A DNA stretch of 42,973 nt from a virus (lineage: Duplodnaviria; Heunggongvirae; Uroviricota; Caudoviricetes). A model generated the notes under the pieces. That model had not been told where the DNA came from, searched no databases, and saw nothing but the letters and a program-made list of their open reading frames with translations. How positions within the stretch are numbered: position 1 is the first letter of the stretch; the number at the start of each line of letters is the position of its first letter. Positions 25,784-33,966 of the stretch are shown here, one piece after another. The DNA is taken from IMG/VR virus record IMGVR_UViG_3300011626_000001, positions 1-42,973 of that record, one strand, 5' to 3'. The translations under genes were made by a program, and so were the position numbers.

Positions 25784-26026
25784 TTATTCCTCGGTGAGGC
25801 CGGGTGCGGTGGGCCAGCGCTGAAGCGCCTTGATCTGCGCCAGTGTGGCTTTGCGTTTGTAATACCAGTTGATGCCGAGCGTTAGCAGGGCGACCAGAAT
25901 ACCGGCCAGGACGCCTACAGCGCTCCACTCATCGGGACTAAGCCGGGTCAGAAGACCGTTGGCAATCGTCCCGGCTGACGCGCCATACGCTGCGCCTGAA
26001 GCCAGTTTGCTCATATCGATACTCAT
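25784..26026 (-). CDS. S: Pinholin (phage 21 S-type holin, 80 aa)
   Basis: Two TM segments; SPDEWSAVGVLAGILVALLTLGINWYYKRK resembles S21; paired with a SAR endolysin. Confidence 0.75.
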   Translation of the reverse strand: MSIDMSKLASGAAYGASAGTIANGLLTRLSPDEWSAVGVLAGILVALLTLGINWYYKRKATLAQIKALQRWPTAPGLTEE

Positions 26027-26158
26027 GTGACCCCCTCGGTGTTGAGGGAGCTAGCTCAATTAGGAATTGTCTACTTTCTGAACTGAGCAAGCCCGGTTAG
26101 CTTTAATCTTGTCGAGAGAGAAAAGCACCGCCCTGCCGTTGCGTAGCCAACGTTGAAG

Positions 26159-26183
26159 AATCCGCCTGAGCGCGGATTTTTTT
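26159..26183 (+). terminator. Rho-independent terminator (AATCCGC-CTGAGC-GCGGATT + T7) on plus strand
   Basis: Perfect 7-bp stem and T-run read directly; lies upstream of the 89-aa plus-strand gene, role unclear. Confidence 0.45.
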
Positions 26184-26334
26184 ATGGATAAAAATCGCCC
26201 TCTGCCCCGGATCGCTAGATTCGAAGTGTGCAGTGATTGGCAGGGGCGAAAACAGAAAGGCACCGCCGAAGCAGTGCCCTATAAAGTTTTTCAGTTTGTT
26301 GCCGATGAGAAATCCTCTAAAACAAGGAGGATTT

Positions 26335-26604
26335 ATGGCGAACAATCATCATGTATATCGAGTTCATGACTCGAAAGTAGCATCATTTAAAACAGAAGCG
26401 ATTCGTAAGCATCCGCACTTATCTATCCATGAGATTTCTACTGGCTCTCGGGATGACATAAATACTTATATAAATAAATCAGTACACGTATTCATTGCAG
26501 TTGCCGACCAAGCTACATTGGATCACTTTAATGCTGACATCAAACTTAACATTTCATTAAATTCTCAATATGAAGAATTAAGTGATAGTGAGTTTTACAT
26601 TTAG
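26335..26604 (+). CDS. Hypothetical protein (89 aa); antisense moron between Q and holin
   Basis: Strong SD AAGGAGG 6 nt before the ATG; AT-rich; followed by terminator; no family recognised. Confidence 0.5.
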   Translation: MANNHHVYRVHDSKVASFKTEAIRKHPHLSIHEISTGSRDDINTYINKSVHVFIAVADQATLDHFNADIKLNISLNSQYEELSDSEFYI

Positions 26605-26613
26605 TCTGCTAAC

Positions 26614-26653
26614 AAAAAACGCCCTCGCAGTTGGTGAGACTGCAGGGCGTTTT
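26614..26653. terminator. Bidirectional terminator (11-bp bulged stem, T-runs on both strands); candidate tR' of the late leader
   Basis: Inverted repeat ACGCCCTcGCAG / CTGCAGGGCGT flanked by A6 and T4 on plus, T6 on minus. Confidence 0.5.
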
Positions 26654-26795
26654 GATTATCAATAATCGATAGAACTGACCGTTTAAATTTATCGCGCTAA
26701 ACAACAAGGCGCAACTTCAACTGTTAGAAATCATATCCCTGACTTCCGGAAAAGTAAATAGTCTGCGATAAAATAACAGGCTATTTTATTTGGCT

Positions 26796-27563
26796 CTACG
26801 CGGTTACCTTATTCAGTGCCGCATTTGCCCATGACTCTTCTGTTTCCAGCTTGCCAATCAGCGTTTCATAAAACTGCTTGCCACTTTTCTCCCACGTAGC
26901 CAGGCTGATTAAGTCAGTGATGCTGCTGATCGCGCGATATGCTGCGGTTGAAGGAATACGCTCAAACCCTCTTCCGCTGCATTGCTTACAGTCACCCATC
27001 ACCGGCACGCCCTGCCGCTCTGACTCTTTGCGCATTACTGCGCGCCCTCGCCCGTTGCAATCCCGGCACGCCGAAGACACGACACCTTTTCCCGCGCACG
27101 TTTTGCAGCGCACCCGAACCTGCTCACGCACTTCGCGTCGGCCGGCGCCGGACAGCATCGACTTCATCGTCACGACTTCAGCAGCGATAAATCCGGTGGC
27201 GCTGCAGCACTCGCACGGCTTTACGCTGGCGGCGCTGCGGCAGTAATCCAGATAGGCGTAAGTTGCGAGCACTTGCATTACAGCTGGTTTAATATCGGTT
27301 TCAAGCTTGCGAAGGGCGGCAACCCGATCGCAGGTCTGCAGTGCAAAATCAGTTAACAGGGATACGGCGCGTCGGGCGTCGTTCTCGCTTACTCCAACCT
27401 TCCCCATGAAGGCTGCATAACCCAGCGGCGCGCGGCTTTGCGTCATGCCCATGGCTGCTACATAGTCGGTCCCGGTCATCGCGTCGGGCGATGTCTGTGG
27501 AGCCGTGCCACTGAAGTTCTGGCCCTTCGGGAAGTGATACTTCACTGTTGCTTCAAGGCTCAT
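26796..27563 (-). CDS. Q: Late antiterminator Q-like protein (255 aa)
   Basis: Position between nin genes and the lysis cassette; Cys-rich zinc-binding segment (CKTCAGKG...CRDCNGRG). Confidence 0.6.
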   Translation of the reverse strand: MSLEATVKYHFPKGQNFSGTAPQTSPDAMTGTDYVAAMGMTQSRAPLGYAAFMGKVGVSENDARRAVSLLTDFALQTCDRVAALRKLETDIKPAVMQVLATYAYLDYCRSAASVKPCECCSATGFIAAEVVTMKSMLSGAGRREVREQVRVRCKTCAGKGVVSSACRDCNGRGRAVMRKESERQGVPVMGDCKQCSGRGFERIPSTAAYRAISSITDLISLATWEKSGKQFYETLIGKLETEESWANAALNKVTA

Positions 27564-28168
27564 GCTGCTTCGCTCCTCTGCTTAATCAGCTCTCTGGTTT
27601 TCTGCCGGTAGTGCGCCGCCAGTTCTTGCAACTCTTCCCGCGTCCACTTCTTCACCGGATGCGGCCCCATGAGGCGATCGAAAGCAGCCTGCCCGATTTT
27701 CTTAATCAGGTTTGGCGTGTAGTTTTCGATGTTGCCGGAGAGGTGCTGGTTACACGGAACGCATTGTTTATGGCAGTTGGTTTCGTCGTAACGCGTGGCC
27801 GGTGATGCGCCGCGAGTGCGGTAGTGCCCGGCATCATATTTCCCTTCATGGAAGCGCCCGCAGCTGATGCAAGGCGCTTCTGCGTCGCGGGTGCGGATAT
27901 ATTCGTTGAAGGCGGACTGGGCTTGCTTATGGAAGTAACTGAGGGGCTGTACTGCTAACTTGCGGATTTTGGTGTGGCGTTTTTCCTGCTGGGTTTCTTC
28001 TCTTCGTCGTCGTTCTGCTTCCTGTTTCGCTTTCTGCCGGTCTTTCTCCCTCTTAGCCAGTGCGATTGCCGTCCCACACTCTGCGCTGCACCACTGCTGA
28101 TTTTGAAAGGCAGGATTAAACCATTCGCGGCAGTCAGGGTTTTTACAGCGGCGTCTGATTTTTCTCAT
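27560..28168 (-). CDS. ninG: NinG/Rap-like recombination nuclease
   Basis: Basic Cys-rich N-terminus (CKNPDCREWF...CSAECG) and HxxR/Cys-rich C-terminal region typical of NinG; position before Q. Confidence 0.65.
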   Translation of the reverse strand: MRKIRRRCKNPDCREWFNPAFQNQQWCSAECGTAIALAKREKDRQKAKQEAERRRREETQQEKRHTKIRKLAVQPLSYFHKQAQSAFNEYIRTRDAEAPCISCGRFHEGKYDAGHYRTRGASPATRYDETNCHKQCVPCNQHLSGNIENYTPNLIKKIGQAAFDRLMGPHPVKKWTREELQELAAHYRQKTRELIKQRSEAA

Positions 28169-28446
28169 TGCCCCCTCCGTGCATTCTGAAGTTGTCGTCT
28201 TGCATCCAGCCGGCGCAGCAGCGGGCGCAGGCATACACCCAGTCCGTCGGCAATGCTGAACCGCAGCCAGCGCAGCTGATAGCAGACGTATCGCCAGATG
28301 GTGTGGAACGGGACGTAATCGAAGTGCTCGTAATACCAGGTGTCGCCTTCACAGATTTCACAGTTCACTCCGAATCGGTGTTTGTCCTCACTGGTGAGAA
28401 CGGTAAGGCATTTGCAGCAGCGCTTACGCCCAGCATTTGTGCTCAT
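28165..28446 (-). CDS. Small Cys-rich zinc-finger protein (nin-region, about 93 aa)
   Basis: CCKC...CEIC motif; start taken at internal Met; overlapping alternative frames exist here. Confidence 0.35.
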   Translation of the reverse strand: MSTNAGRKRCCKCLTVLTSEDKHRFGVNCEICEGDTWYYEHFDYVPFHTIWRYVCYQLRWLRFSIADGLGVCLRPLLRRLDARRQLQNARRGQ

Positions 28447-28598
28447 AGGTTGTGTCTCTCCGTGGTTCGCGGTTTCCTTCAGGCAGCAGCGCGCTGACCA
28501 GCCAGAGGCGTGGATCGGTAGCGAGTGTCTTTTGGGTCTGGATGTTGCGGGCGGCGTAGCGTGAAAGGAGTTCGTTGGCGGTGTCAAAATCTACGGGG

Positions 28599-28835
28599 TC
28601 ATGAGTGAACCAGGTTTGCCGCATGGCTGCCCCCGTTTTTTCTCAGATACTCCGGCCAGTGCTTTTCGAGGATACGCTTCGGGACATGTAAACCGAGCCC
28701 CATAACGTTGGCTTTGGTTTTCAGCGTGCTGAGCGGTTTGTTGATCGCCCTGGCAATAACCGGCGCCGGGACCTTTCCGGCCACGCGCTCGACGTATTCA
28801 AGTTCCTGCTGTGTCCAGGTGCTTCGTCTACCCAT
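28599..28835 (-). CDS. Hypothetical nin-region protein (78 aa)
   Basis: ORF in track, coupled to NinB stop. Confidence 0.4.
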   Translation of the reverse strand: MGRRSTWTQQELEYVERVAGKVPAPVIARAINKPLSTLKTKANVMGLGLHVPKRILEKHWPEYLRKNGGSHAANLVHS

Positions 28836-29289
28836 TTTGTTTTTCCTTCAGATTCATGTATTCGCTGTCGGCCGGCACCGTCAGTTTGCAGCCAAGGCTC
28901 AGCGCCCAGCCTTCCACCTGAGTGAGGTAGAAATGCATGTCGCCGGTGTCGAGGTCTGAGGTATGCCGTAGCGAACGGATTACTGTCGTTTCACCTGTCA
29001 CCACATCGACCATCTCGCGCTCTACGTAGCCGAGATAGGTGTGCTTCATCGCGTCTTTCACCCACTCAGGAGAGGCAAAGGTTTTGCCGCGCCGGATGAG
29101 CCAGTCGCTGATTTCGCTGTACCACATGTGGGATAAGGCATTCTGGTTGAGGCTGCGCTTCTCGCGCCACGGCTTGATGATTAGCCGGTAGGTTTCGCCA
29201 GAGTCGAGCATGGGGAGGATTTGCTGCCCGATGGCGCTGAAGTTCGATTTATGAAGGCGTATGCCGTCTTTCGGTATCTCCATCAACAA
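28828..29289 (-). CDS. ninB: NinB-like recombination protein
   Basis: Segment REKRSLNQNALSHMWYSEIS resembles the NinB signature region; position after P. Confidence 0.65.
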   Translation of the reverse strand: MLMEIPKDGIRLHKSNFSAIGQQILPMLDSGETYRLIIKPWREKRSLNQNALSHMWYSEISDWLIRRGKTFASPEWVKDAMKHTYLGYVEREMVDVVTGETTVIRSLRHTSDLDTGDMHFYLTQVEGWALSLGCKLTVPADSEYMNLKEKQNG

Positions 29290-29659
29290 CCTCCTTGAGT
29301 TGCTGAATAATTACGTGAAACGCATCTTCCAGGCGCCCTACGGCTGCATCTGAAAACGGTTTGTCACCCCGATGAACCATGAGAAGCTGCTGCTGGGCGT
29401 TCACGGCGTTGATGTAGGCGTTGCAGATCTGCCGGTAGTCCCGCTTTGAGATGGTGACTTGCTTGCTGCTCCTGGCTGGCGCCGCATCATCAGGTGACTG
29501 GCTGCCCATCAGGTCAACAGCTTCTGAGGCCAGCGTGCGGATATGCGTCAGCGTGTCCTGCGATGCCGGTTGTTTCCGGGCGACGTCGATGATCGCCAGC
29601 ACCAGGTTGCGCGTCTGGTCCTGCGAAGGTCGGATAATCAGCTGTGTTACCTGCGTCAT
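29249..29659 (-). CDS. Hypothetical protein (136 aa)
   Basis: ORF in track between P and ninB; a further 51-aa coupled ORF lies at about 29657-29810. Confidence 0.4.
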   Translation of the reverse strand: MTQVTQLIIRPSQDQTRNLVLAIIDVARKQPASQDTLTHIRTLASEAVDLMGSQSPDDAAPARSSKQVTISKRDYRQICNAYINAVNAQQQLLMVHRGDKPFSDAAVGRLEDAFHVIIQQLKEVVDGDTERRHTPS

Positions 29660-29807
29660 GCCCTTACTCCTTCCCGTCCGGCCAGCCAGAAGAAAAACGC
29701 GCGGTCGACAACCTCATGCAGATAGCCGAGGTGCGATCGGGTCATGCTGTGCTTGTCGCCGTGAACGCTGTGGTAAAAGCGTTCGAAGCTGCTTCTGATG
29801 CTTTCGC

Positions 29808-30524
29808 TCATGACCCTCTCCCTTTCCTGACCAGTGCTTTCAGCCGGGCAACGTTGTCCAGGGCCTTTTCACTGGCTGTAGGCATGTAGAGCTTTTCCAG
29901 CTGCGCGCGAGGTGGGGGAATTTCTTCGCCAGACTCGATGCGCGACGCCATTTTGCGAAGCTCGGCGCGGCATTTTGCTCGCAGCTCAGGCTCGGTGAGG
30001 TTGTTGGCGCGCATGGTGCTGTACAGGCCGGTGACCATCCAGTATGCCGCGTTGCTTTCCCACGGATACGCCTCAGGGCTGTCTATCAGACCGCGGCGGG
30101 CGGAGTACTTCATCACCATGTCATACAGACCGTCTTCGTCCGGCAGACCAGCGGAGCGGAGTTCGCCCTGCTTGCACCACCCGATAAATTGTCCAGGCGA
30201 TGGCCAGAACGGTGAGGTACTGGCGCGGGCGTGCTTCATGCCGGCCGACAGCTGCTGCTTCGTGCTGATGTCGTTTTCGGCGAAGGCGGCGATCCACTGA
30301 CGCTTGGCTGAGGCTTCGTCGCGCGGGTCTTTAAGCGCGGTGCTGACCGATGCGGGAAAAACCTGCTTCAGGCTCATGAACAGCATGTCGACCAGACGCT
30401 CAACGGTTTCGTTGACGCCACGATCTACCGGCTGAGGGCCGTCACCAGCCATGCGGGCCAGCGCGCTGCTGTCGCGGTTGTTTATTGCGGCTACGAGATT
30501 TCTCATATGAAATTTTCCTCCCAC
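29808..30524 (-). CDS. P: Replication protein P (helicase loader, lambda P-like)
   Basis: PFWPSPGQFIGWCKQ and YPWESNAAYWMVTGLYSTMRANNLTEPELRAKC closely match lambda P as I recall it. Confidence 0.85.
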   Translation of the reverse strand: MGGKFHMRNLVAAINNRDSSALARMAGDGPQPVDRGVNETVERLVDMLFMSLKQVFPASVSTALKDPRDEASAKRQWIAAFAENDISTKQQLSAGMKHARASTSPFWPSPGQFIGWCKQGELRSAGLPDEDGLYDMVMKYSARRGLIDSPEAYPWESNAAYWMVTGLYSTMRANNLTEPELRAKCRAELRKMASRIESGEEIPPPRAQLEKLYMPTASEKALDNVARLKALVRKGRGS

Positions 30525-31426
30525 TCTCTGCGGTCGTTCCAGTGTGGAACCTGCTGCTGTGAACTGGATTGCGCGTTGCGAGCCGGCTGGCTCATCTGCG
30601 CTTTAAGGGTCGCCCACTGCTTTCGCAGCTTCGAAGGGCTGAGGATGTTTGTCTGCCAAAACTGATTGCCGTTCGCCCAGGTGAAGACTTCGCAGATTTC
30701 CCGGTGGCTGACCTTCAGGGAATCGCGCATCAGGCGAATGTCGTTTGCCCAGGCGGGCCAGTTGGGTTGCTGGGCTGTCGGGGTGATCACCTGAACCCGG
30801 CTGAATATCCACTGAGCGGCCAGAAGGTCGTCAGCGGTTCCCCACTTATCGCCCTTCGGTGAATGAACCGCTGCATCAGGCCGGACAACAGGAAGACTTT
30901 TCAGACGCTCGTCAGAGGATTCGCCAGAATTCTCGGACGTATGTTTAATGTCTTTTTTGTCTTTTGTAATAGTGTCTTTTGTGTGTCCCTGTTTTGGTGA
31001 CAACCCTGTCACCGTTTTGGTGACACTTTTTGTCACTGTTTTGGTGACAGTGACACCGTCTTGGTGACACTCTGGAATTTGCCACTCAGCGAGGTTCTTA
31101 TTAGGCCCGATTAGCATGCCTTCCCGGACCAAAACCCCCATCTGAATAAGCTCGTTTTTCGCCTTGTTCACCTTTTGCCGCGGCAGTCTGGTGAGCTGGC
31201 TTATCTGGCTGTCAGCAATGCGATCCATCTTTTTGTTGAAGCCGTATGTTTTCCGGCAAACAGCATGCGCAACCTTCGCCTGGTTCCTGGTCAGGTTGGC
31301 CCCTATCAGCTCTTCGTACAGCTCGTTTGCCAGACGCGTATATCCGTCGTCTGTGTCTGCCACACGTTGCTCCACGGCCCGGAGTTCGGGCCTGATTGGT
31401 GTTACATTGTCATAAGCCAGATTCAT
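30503..31426 (-). CDS. O: Replication initiator O-like protein containing the origin iterons
   Basis: N-terminal LTRNQAKVAHAVCRKTYGFNKK resembles the O N-terminal domain; the central repeat VTVTKTVTKSVTKTVT is encoded by DNA iterons. Confidence 0.8.
   Translation of the reverse strand: MNLAYDNVTPIRPELRAVEQRVADTDDGYTRLANELYEELIGANLTRNQAKVAHAVCRKTYGFNKKMDRIADSQISQLTRLPRQKVNKAKNELIQMGVLVREGMLIGPNKNLAEWQIPECHQDGVTVTKTVTKSVTKTVTGLSPKQGHTKDTITKDKKDIKHTSENSGESSDERLKSLPVVRPDAAVHSPKGDKWGTADDLLAAQWIFSRVQVITPTAQQPNWPAWANDIRLMRDSLKVSHREICEVFTWANGNQFWQTNILSPSKLRKQWATLKAQMSQPARNAQSSSQQQVPHWNDRREWEENFI
30989..31075. repeat. Origin of replication: four or more iterons (core TTGGTGACA) followed on the minus strand by an AT-rich tract
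   Basis: Direct and inverted copies of GTTTTGGTGACA read within the O coding region; adjacent TGTCTTTT repeats. Confidence 0.7.
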
Positions 31427-32249
31427 TGCCGCCCCCGCCTGCCGGTATGCCAGCGCGATAATCAGCGATGATCCGCTTTATCTCTTCAGTCGTGCCATAG
31501 GAAAGAATCAGCTGGTCAAAACCTCCATCGCGGTCGAACTCCGCATCGACCAGCAGCTCTACCAGGCGTCGCGCTTTAGCCGCGCTGAACTGAGGAATAG
31601 CTGCGCTACGGGACAGTTTCTTTTTCCCAGCCGCTTTGGCCTTCTCCATCTGCTCGCGCGCTACGCTGTCAGCTTTAGGCCCGTGCTCACGAGAAAGAGC
31701 CACTGCAGTCGTCGGAGCAACCTCACCAGCTTTCACCATCGCGATCAGCTCATCGCCGCAGGCAAGCAGCTGCAGGTGATGATCAACATCCCCAACAGAG
31801 CGTTTCACCTTGCTGGCGATTTCTGAGGTCGACCAACCCTGATTAGCCAGACGCTGATATGCTGCAGCGCGCTCCAGCGAGGTGAGCGGTTTACCCTGAC
31901 TGCTGGTAACCATGAACGCGATGCGATCGGCTTCGGTACCGGAAAAGTCTTTGCACTCTAGGCGCGCAATCTCATGGCCTGCTTTGGTCGCCAGCAGCGC
32001 ACCGTGATAGCGGTGGTGGCCGTCGATGACTTTGATGCCCTGCTCAGTTACCTGAACAGCCAGAGGCGGAACAAACTCGCCGGCGATGAACGCGTTGCGA
32101 AATTCTTCGACGTGCGCCTGGTCGATTTCACGGACGTTGTAGCCCGGTTCGATGTACAGCTCTGCCAGTGGCACCAGAAACGTTTTCTTGACCGTTGTTT
32201 CGGTGCCGTTTTTGTCCTTGGCCTTGTAATGCAGTGATAAACTACTCAT
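31410..32249 (-). CDS. ParB/Srx-like N-terminal-domain protein (279 aa)
   Basis: Motif VIDGHHRYHGA typical of the ParB N-terminal (nuclease/CTPase) fold; inserted between cII and O. Confidence 0.55.
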   Translation of the reverse strand: MSSLSLHYKAKDKNGTETTVKKTFLVPLAELYIEPGYNVREIDQAHVEEFRNAFIAGEFVPPLAVQVTEQGIKVIDGHHRYHGALLATKAGHEIARLECKDFSGTEADRIAFMVTSSQGKPLTSLERAAAYQRLANQGWSTSEIASKVKRSVGDVDHHLQLLACGDELIAMVKAGEVAPTTAVALSREHGPKADSVAREQMEKAKAAGKKKLSRSAAIPQFSAAKARRLVELLVDAEFDRDGGFDQLILSYGTTEEIKRIIADYRAGIPAGGGGNESGL

Positions 32250-32283
32250 AATTACTCCTGTGAATTGATCCAGTCATTTCGCA

Positions 32284-32574
32284 TCAGGCTTCGAAGCTGT
32301 TAGCGCAGCTCGGAGCCTTTTCTTTTCCCAGAATCAGGGCCACTTCCTTCGCTACAGCTTTAGCCAGCTGCGCAGCATCGTCATCAACGATCCCGTATTC
32401 GAGGATGTCTATAGCCATGCTCATCTGGCGGAAAAAGTTCTTCTTCATGCGGCTGACCTGGTATTCAGCGATCCCCAGTTTTTCTGCGAATGTTTTCTGG
32501 CTGATAGATGCCAGCTTGTTCAGCAAGGCCGATTCGATGCGGCGCGCGTTCTTGCTTTGAGTTGCATGTTCCAT
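32284..32574 (-). CDS. cII: Transcriptional activator CII
   Basis: RIESALLNKLA and GIVDDDAAQLAKAVA match lambda CII; position after cro and nutR. Confidence 0.85.
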   Translation of the reverse strand: MEHATQSKNARRIESALLNKLASISQKTFAEKLGIAEYQVSRMKKNFFRQMSMAIDILEYGIVDDDAAQLAKAVAKEVALILGKEKAPSCANSFEA

Positions 32575-32639
32575 CTTGGATAATTCCTTTGTTAGTTAAG
32601 TGGTTGCGTGACATTGCAGTGAGCAAGTCACTTAAGGTT

Positions 32640-32681
32640 TCCCCACACGGGCGGGGACGGGTTTCAGAGTGTTAAAGAGCG
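32640..32681 (-). promoter_or_regulatory. nutR: boxA (CGCTCTTTA) plus boxB hairpin (TCCCC-GCCCGTGT-GGGGA), minus strand
   Basis: Consensus boxA read on minus strand just downstream of the cro stop; hairpin loop nearly identical to the nutL boxB loop. Confidence 0.6.
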
Positions 32682-32688
32682 GTGGAAA

Positions 32689-32904
32689 TCAGGCGGCGGT
32701 ATCGACGCCATTTCCGTATTGCAGCCAGACAGGGTCACATTGCAGAGCTACAGCTATTTCGAAGATCTTCCGTGGGCGCTTCGTGATACCAGCCTCAATC
32801 TGTTGGATTGATTGCTGCTTCACACCTGCCTTAAGCGCCAATTCGGTCTGAGTCATCTTCAGCTCTGCACGTTTCTGCTTGAGGCGCTGGGAGATAGTTT
32901 GCAT
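32689..32904 (-). CDS. cro: Cro-like repressor (71 aa, HTH)
   Basis: Internal start [10 protein letters not shown] preceded by [30 protein letters not shown]; divergent from cI. Confidence 0.7.
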   Translation of the reverse strand: MQTISQRLKQKRAELKMTQTELALKAGVKQQSIQQIEAGITKRPRKIFEIAVALQCDPVWLQYGNGVDTAA

Positions 32905-33004
32905 ATAGCCTCCTTGACAAACTTTCTTGTATTTTAAATACAAATTACTTTGTTTGTCAATTACAGCTTTTCTTGTGAACATCTCTTTTTTGATGAGGTG
33001 TTAA
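32905..33004. promoter_or_regulatory. OR operator / PR-PRM divergent promoter region
   Basis: Inverted repeats TTGACAAAC...GTTTGTCAA and TTGTATTTtAAATACAA between cro and cI starts. Confidence 0.6.
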
Positions 33005-33646
33005 ATGACAATTGCGGCAAGGGTGCTTTCAAAAAGGACTGAGCTGGGTTTGACTCAGACAGAGCTAGCGGAAAAGGCCGGCACAACGCAGCAGGCGATT
33101 GTCCAGCTTGAGAGCGGTAAAACTAAAAGACCAAGATATCTGCCTGAGCTGGCTAAGGCGTTAAATTGCGACATCCAATGGCTTCTTGATGGATCAGGGG
33201 CAACCTTAGACAGCAATGTGTCTAACCCTAGGGACTACAAGCCGACTGCGCGCTACCCCGTTTTAAGCAAGGTTCAGGCTGGCGCATGGGATGAAGCCTG
33301 TGAACCCTATACGATTAAGGATGTCGATATGTGGCTTGAATCTGACGCACATACGCAAGGAGAGGCTTTCTGGTTGCAGGTGGAAGGCGATTCGATGACT
33401 GCCCCGATTGGCCTCAGTATTCCGGCAGGTACGTTCGTACTGTTCGACACCGGCCGTGAGGCGGTCAATGGAAGCCTGGTCGTGGCAAAGCTTACTGACG
33501 ACAATGAAGCCACATTCAAGAAGCTCATTATCGACGGCAGTCAAAAGTATCTTAAGGGCCTGAACCCTCAATGGCCGATGGTCCCGGTTAACGGGAATTG
33601 CAAGGTTCTTGGCGTGGCGATCGAGACGAAGATGAAGCTCGTTTAA
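33005..33646 (+). CDS. cI: CI-type prophage repressor (HTH + LexA-like S24 autopeptidase domain)
   Basis: N-terminal HTH; C-terminal GDSM serine motif and downstream Lys ([10 protein letters not shown]). Confidence 0.85.
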   Translation: MTIAARVLSKRTELGLTQTELAEKAGTTQQAIVQLESGKTKRPRYLPELAKALNCDIQWLLDGSGATLDSNVSNPRDYKPTARYPVLSKVQAGAWDEACEPYTIKDVDMWLESDAHTQGEAFWLQVEGDSMTAPIGLSIPAGTFVLFDTGREAVNGSLVVAKLTDDNEATFKKLIIDGSQKYLKGLNPQWPMVPVNGNCKVLGVAIETKMKLV

Positions 33647-33690
33647 GGCTCAGTGGCCGGAAGAGACTTTCAGCTAATCAGGAGGATGGC

Positions 33691-33849
33691 ATGTCAGTTT
33701 TTGCGAAGATAGCGATTCCGATGTTCTGTATTGCGTTCGCGATGTTCTACCTGGCTCGCAAGAAGCGTGACAAAAACTACCTGATTCCTGGCTTTGTTCT
33801 GTTAGCTGCTGGAGTTGTGAATACGGTGATTGCGATTACTGCAGGTTAG
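33691..33849 (+). CDS. Small two-TM membrane protein (52 aa) cotranscribed with cI
   Basis: AGGAGG SD 7 nt before ATG; two hydrophobic helices separated by RKKRDKNY; flanked by a 15-bp direct repeat. Confidence 0.55.
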   Translation: MSVFAKIAIPMFCIAFAMFYLARKKRDKNYLIPGFVLLAAGVVNTVIAITAG

Positions 33850-33966
33850 TGGCCGGAAGAGAGGTTTGGGTAAAGATTTAGCGGTATTAGCCGAAAAGAC
33901 ATATAGCACGAAGCCGACGCAAGAACGGATCGTTTAATCTTTTCAGGGAAATATCAGAGATTAGCT

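Noticed and set aside
28143-28624. Alternative overlapping frames in the nin region (66-aa and 72-aa ORFs, long 140-aa version of the zinc-finger ORF)
   Set aside because: GC-rich DNA gives several open frames; I kept only the version starting at the internal Met that yields a compact Cys-rich protein, and even that is low confidence
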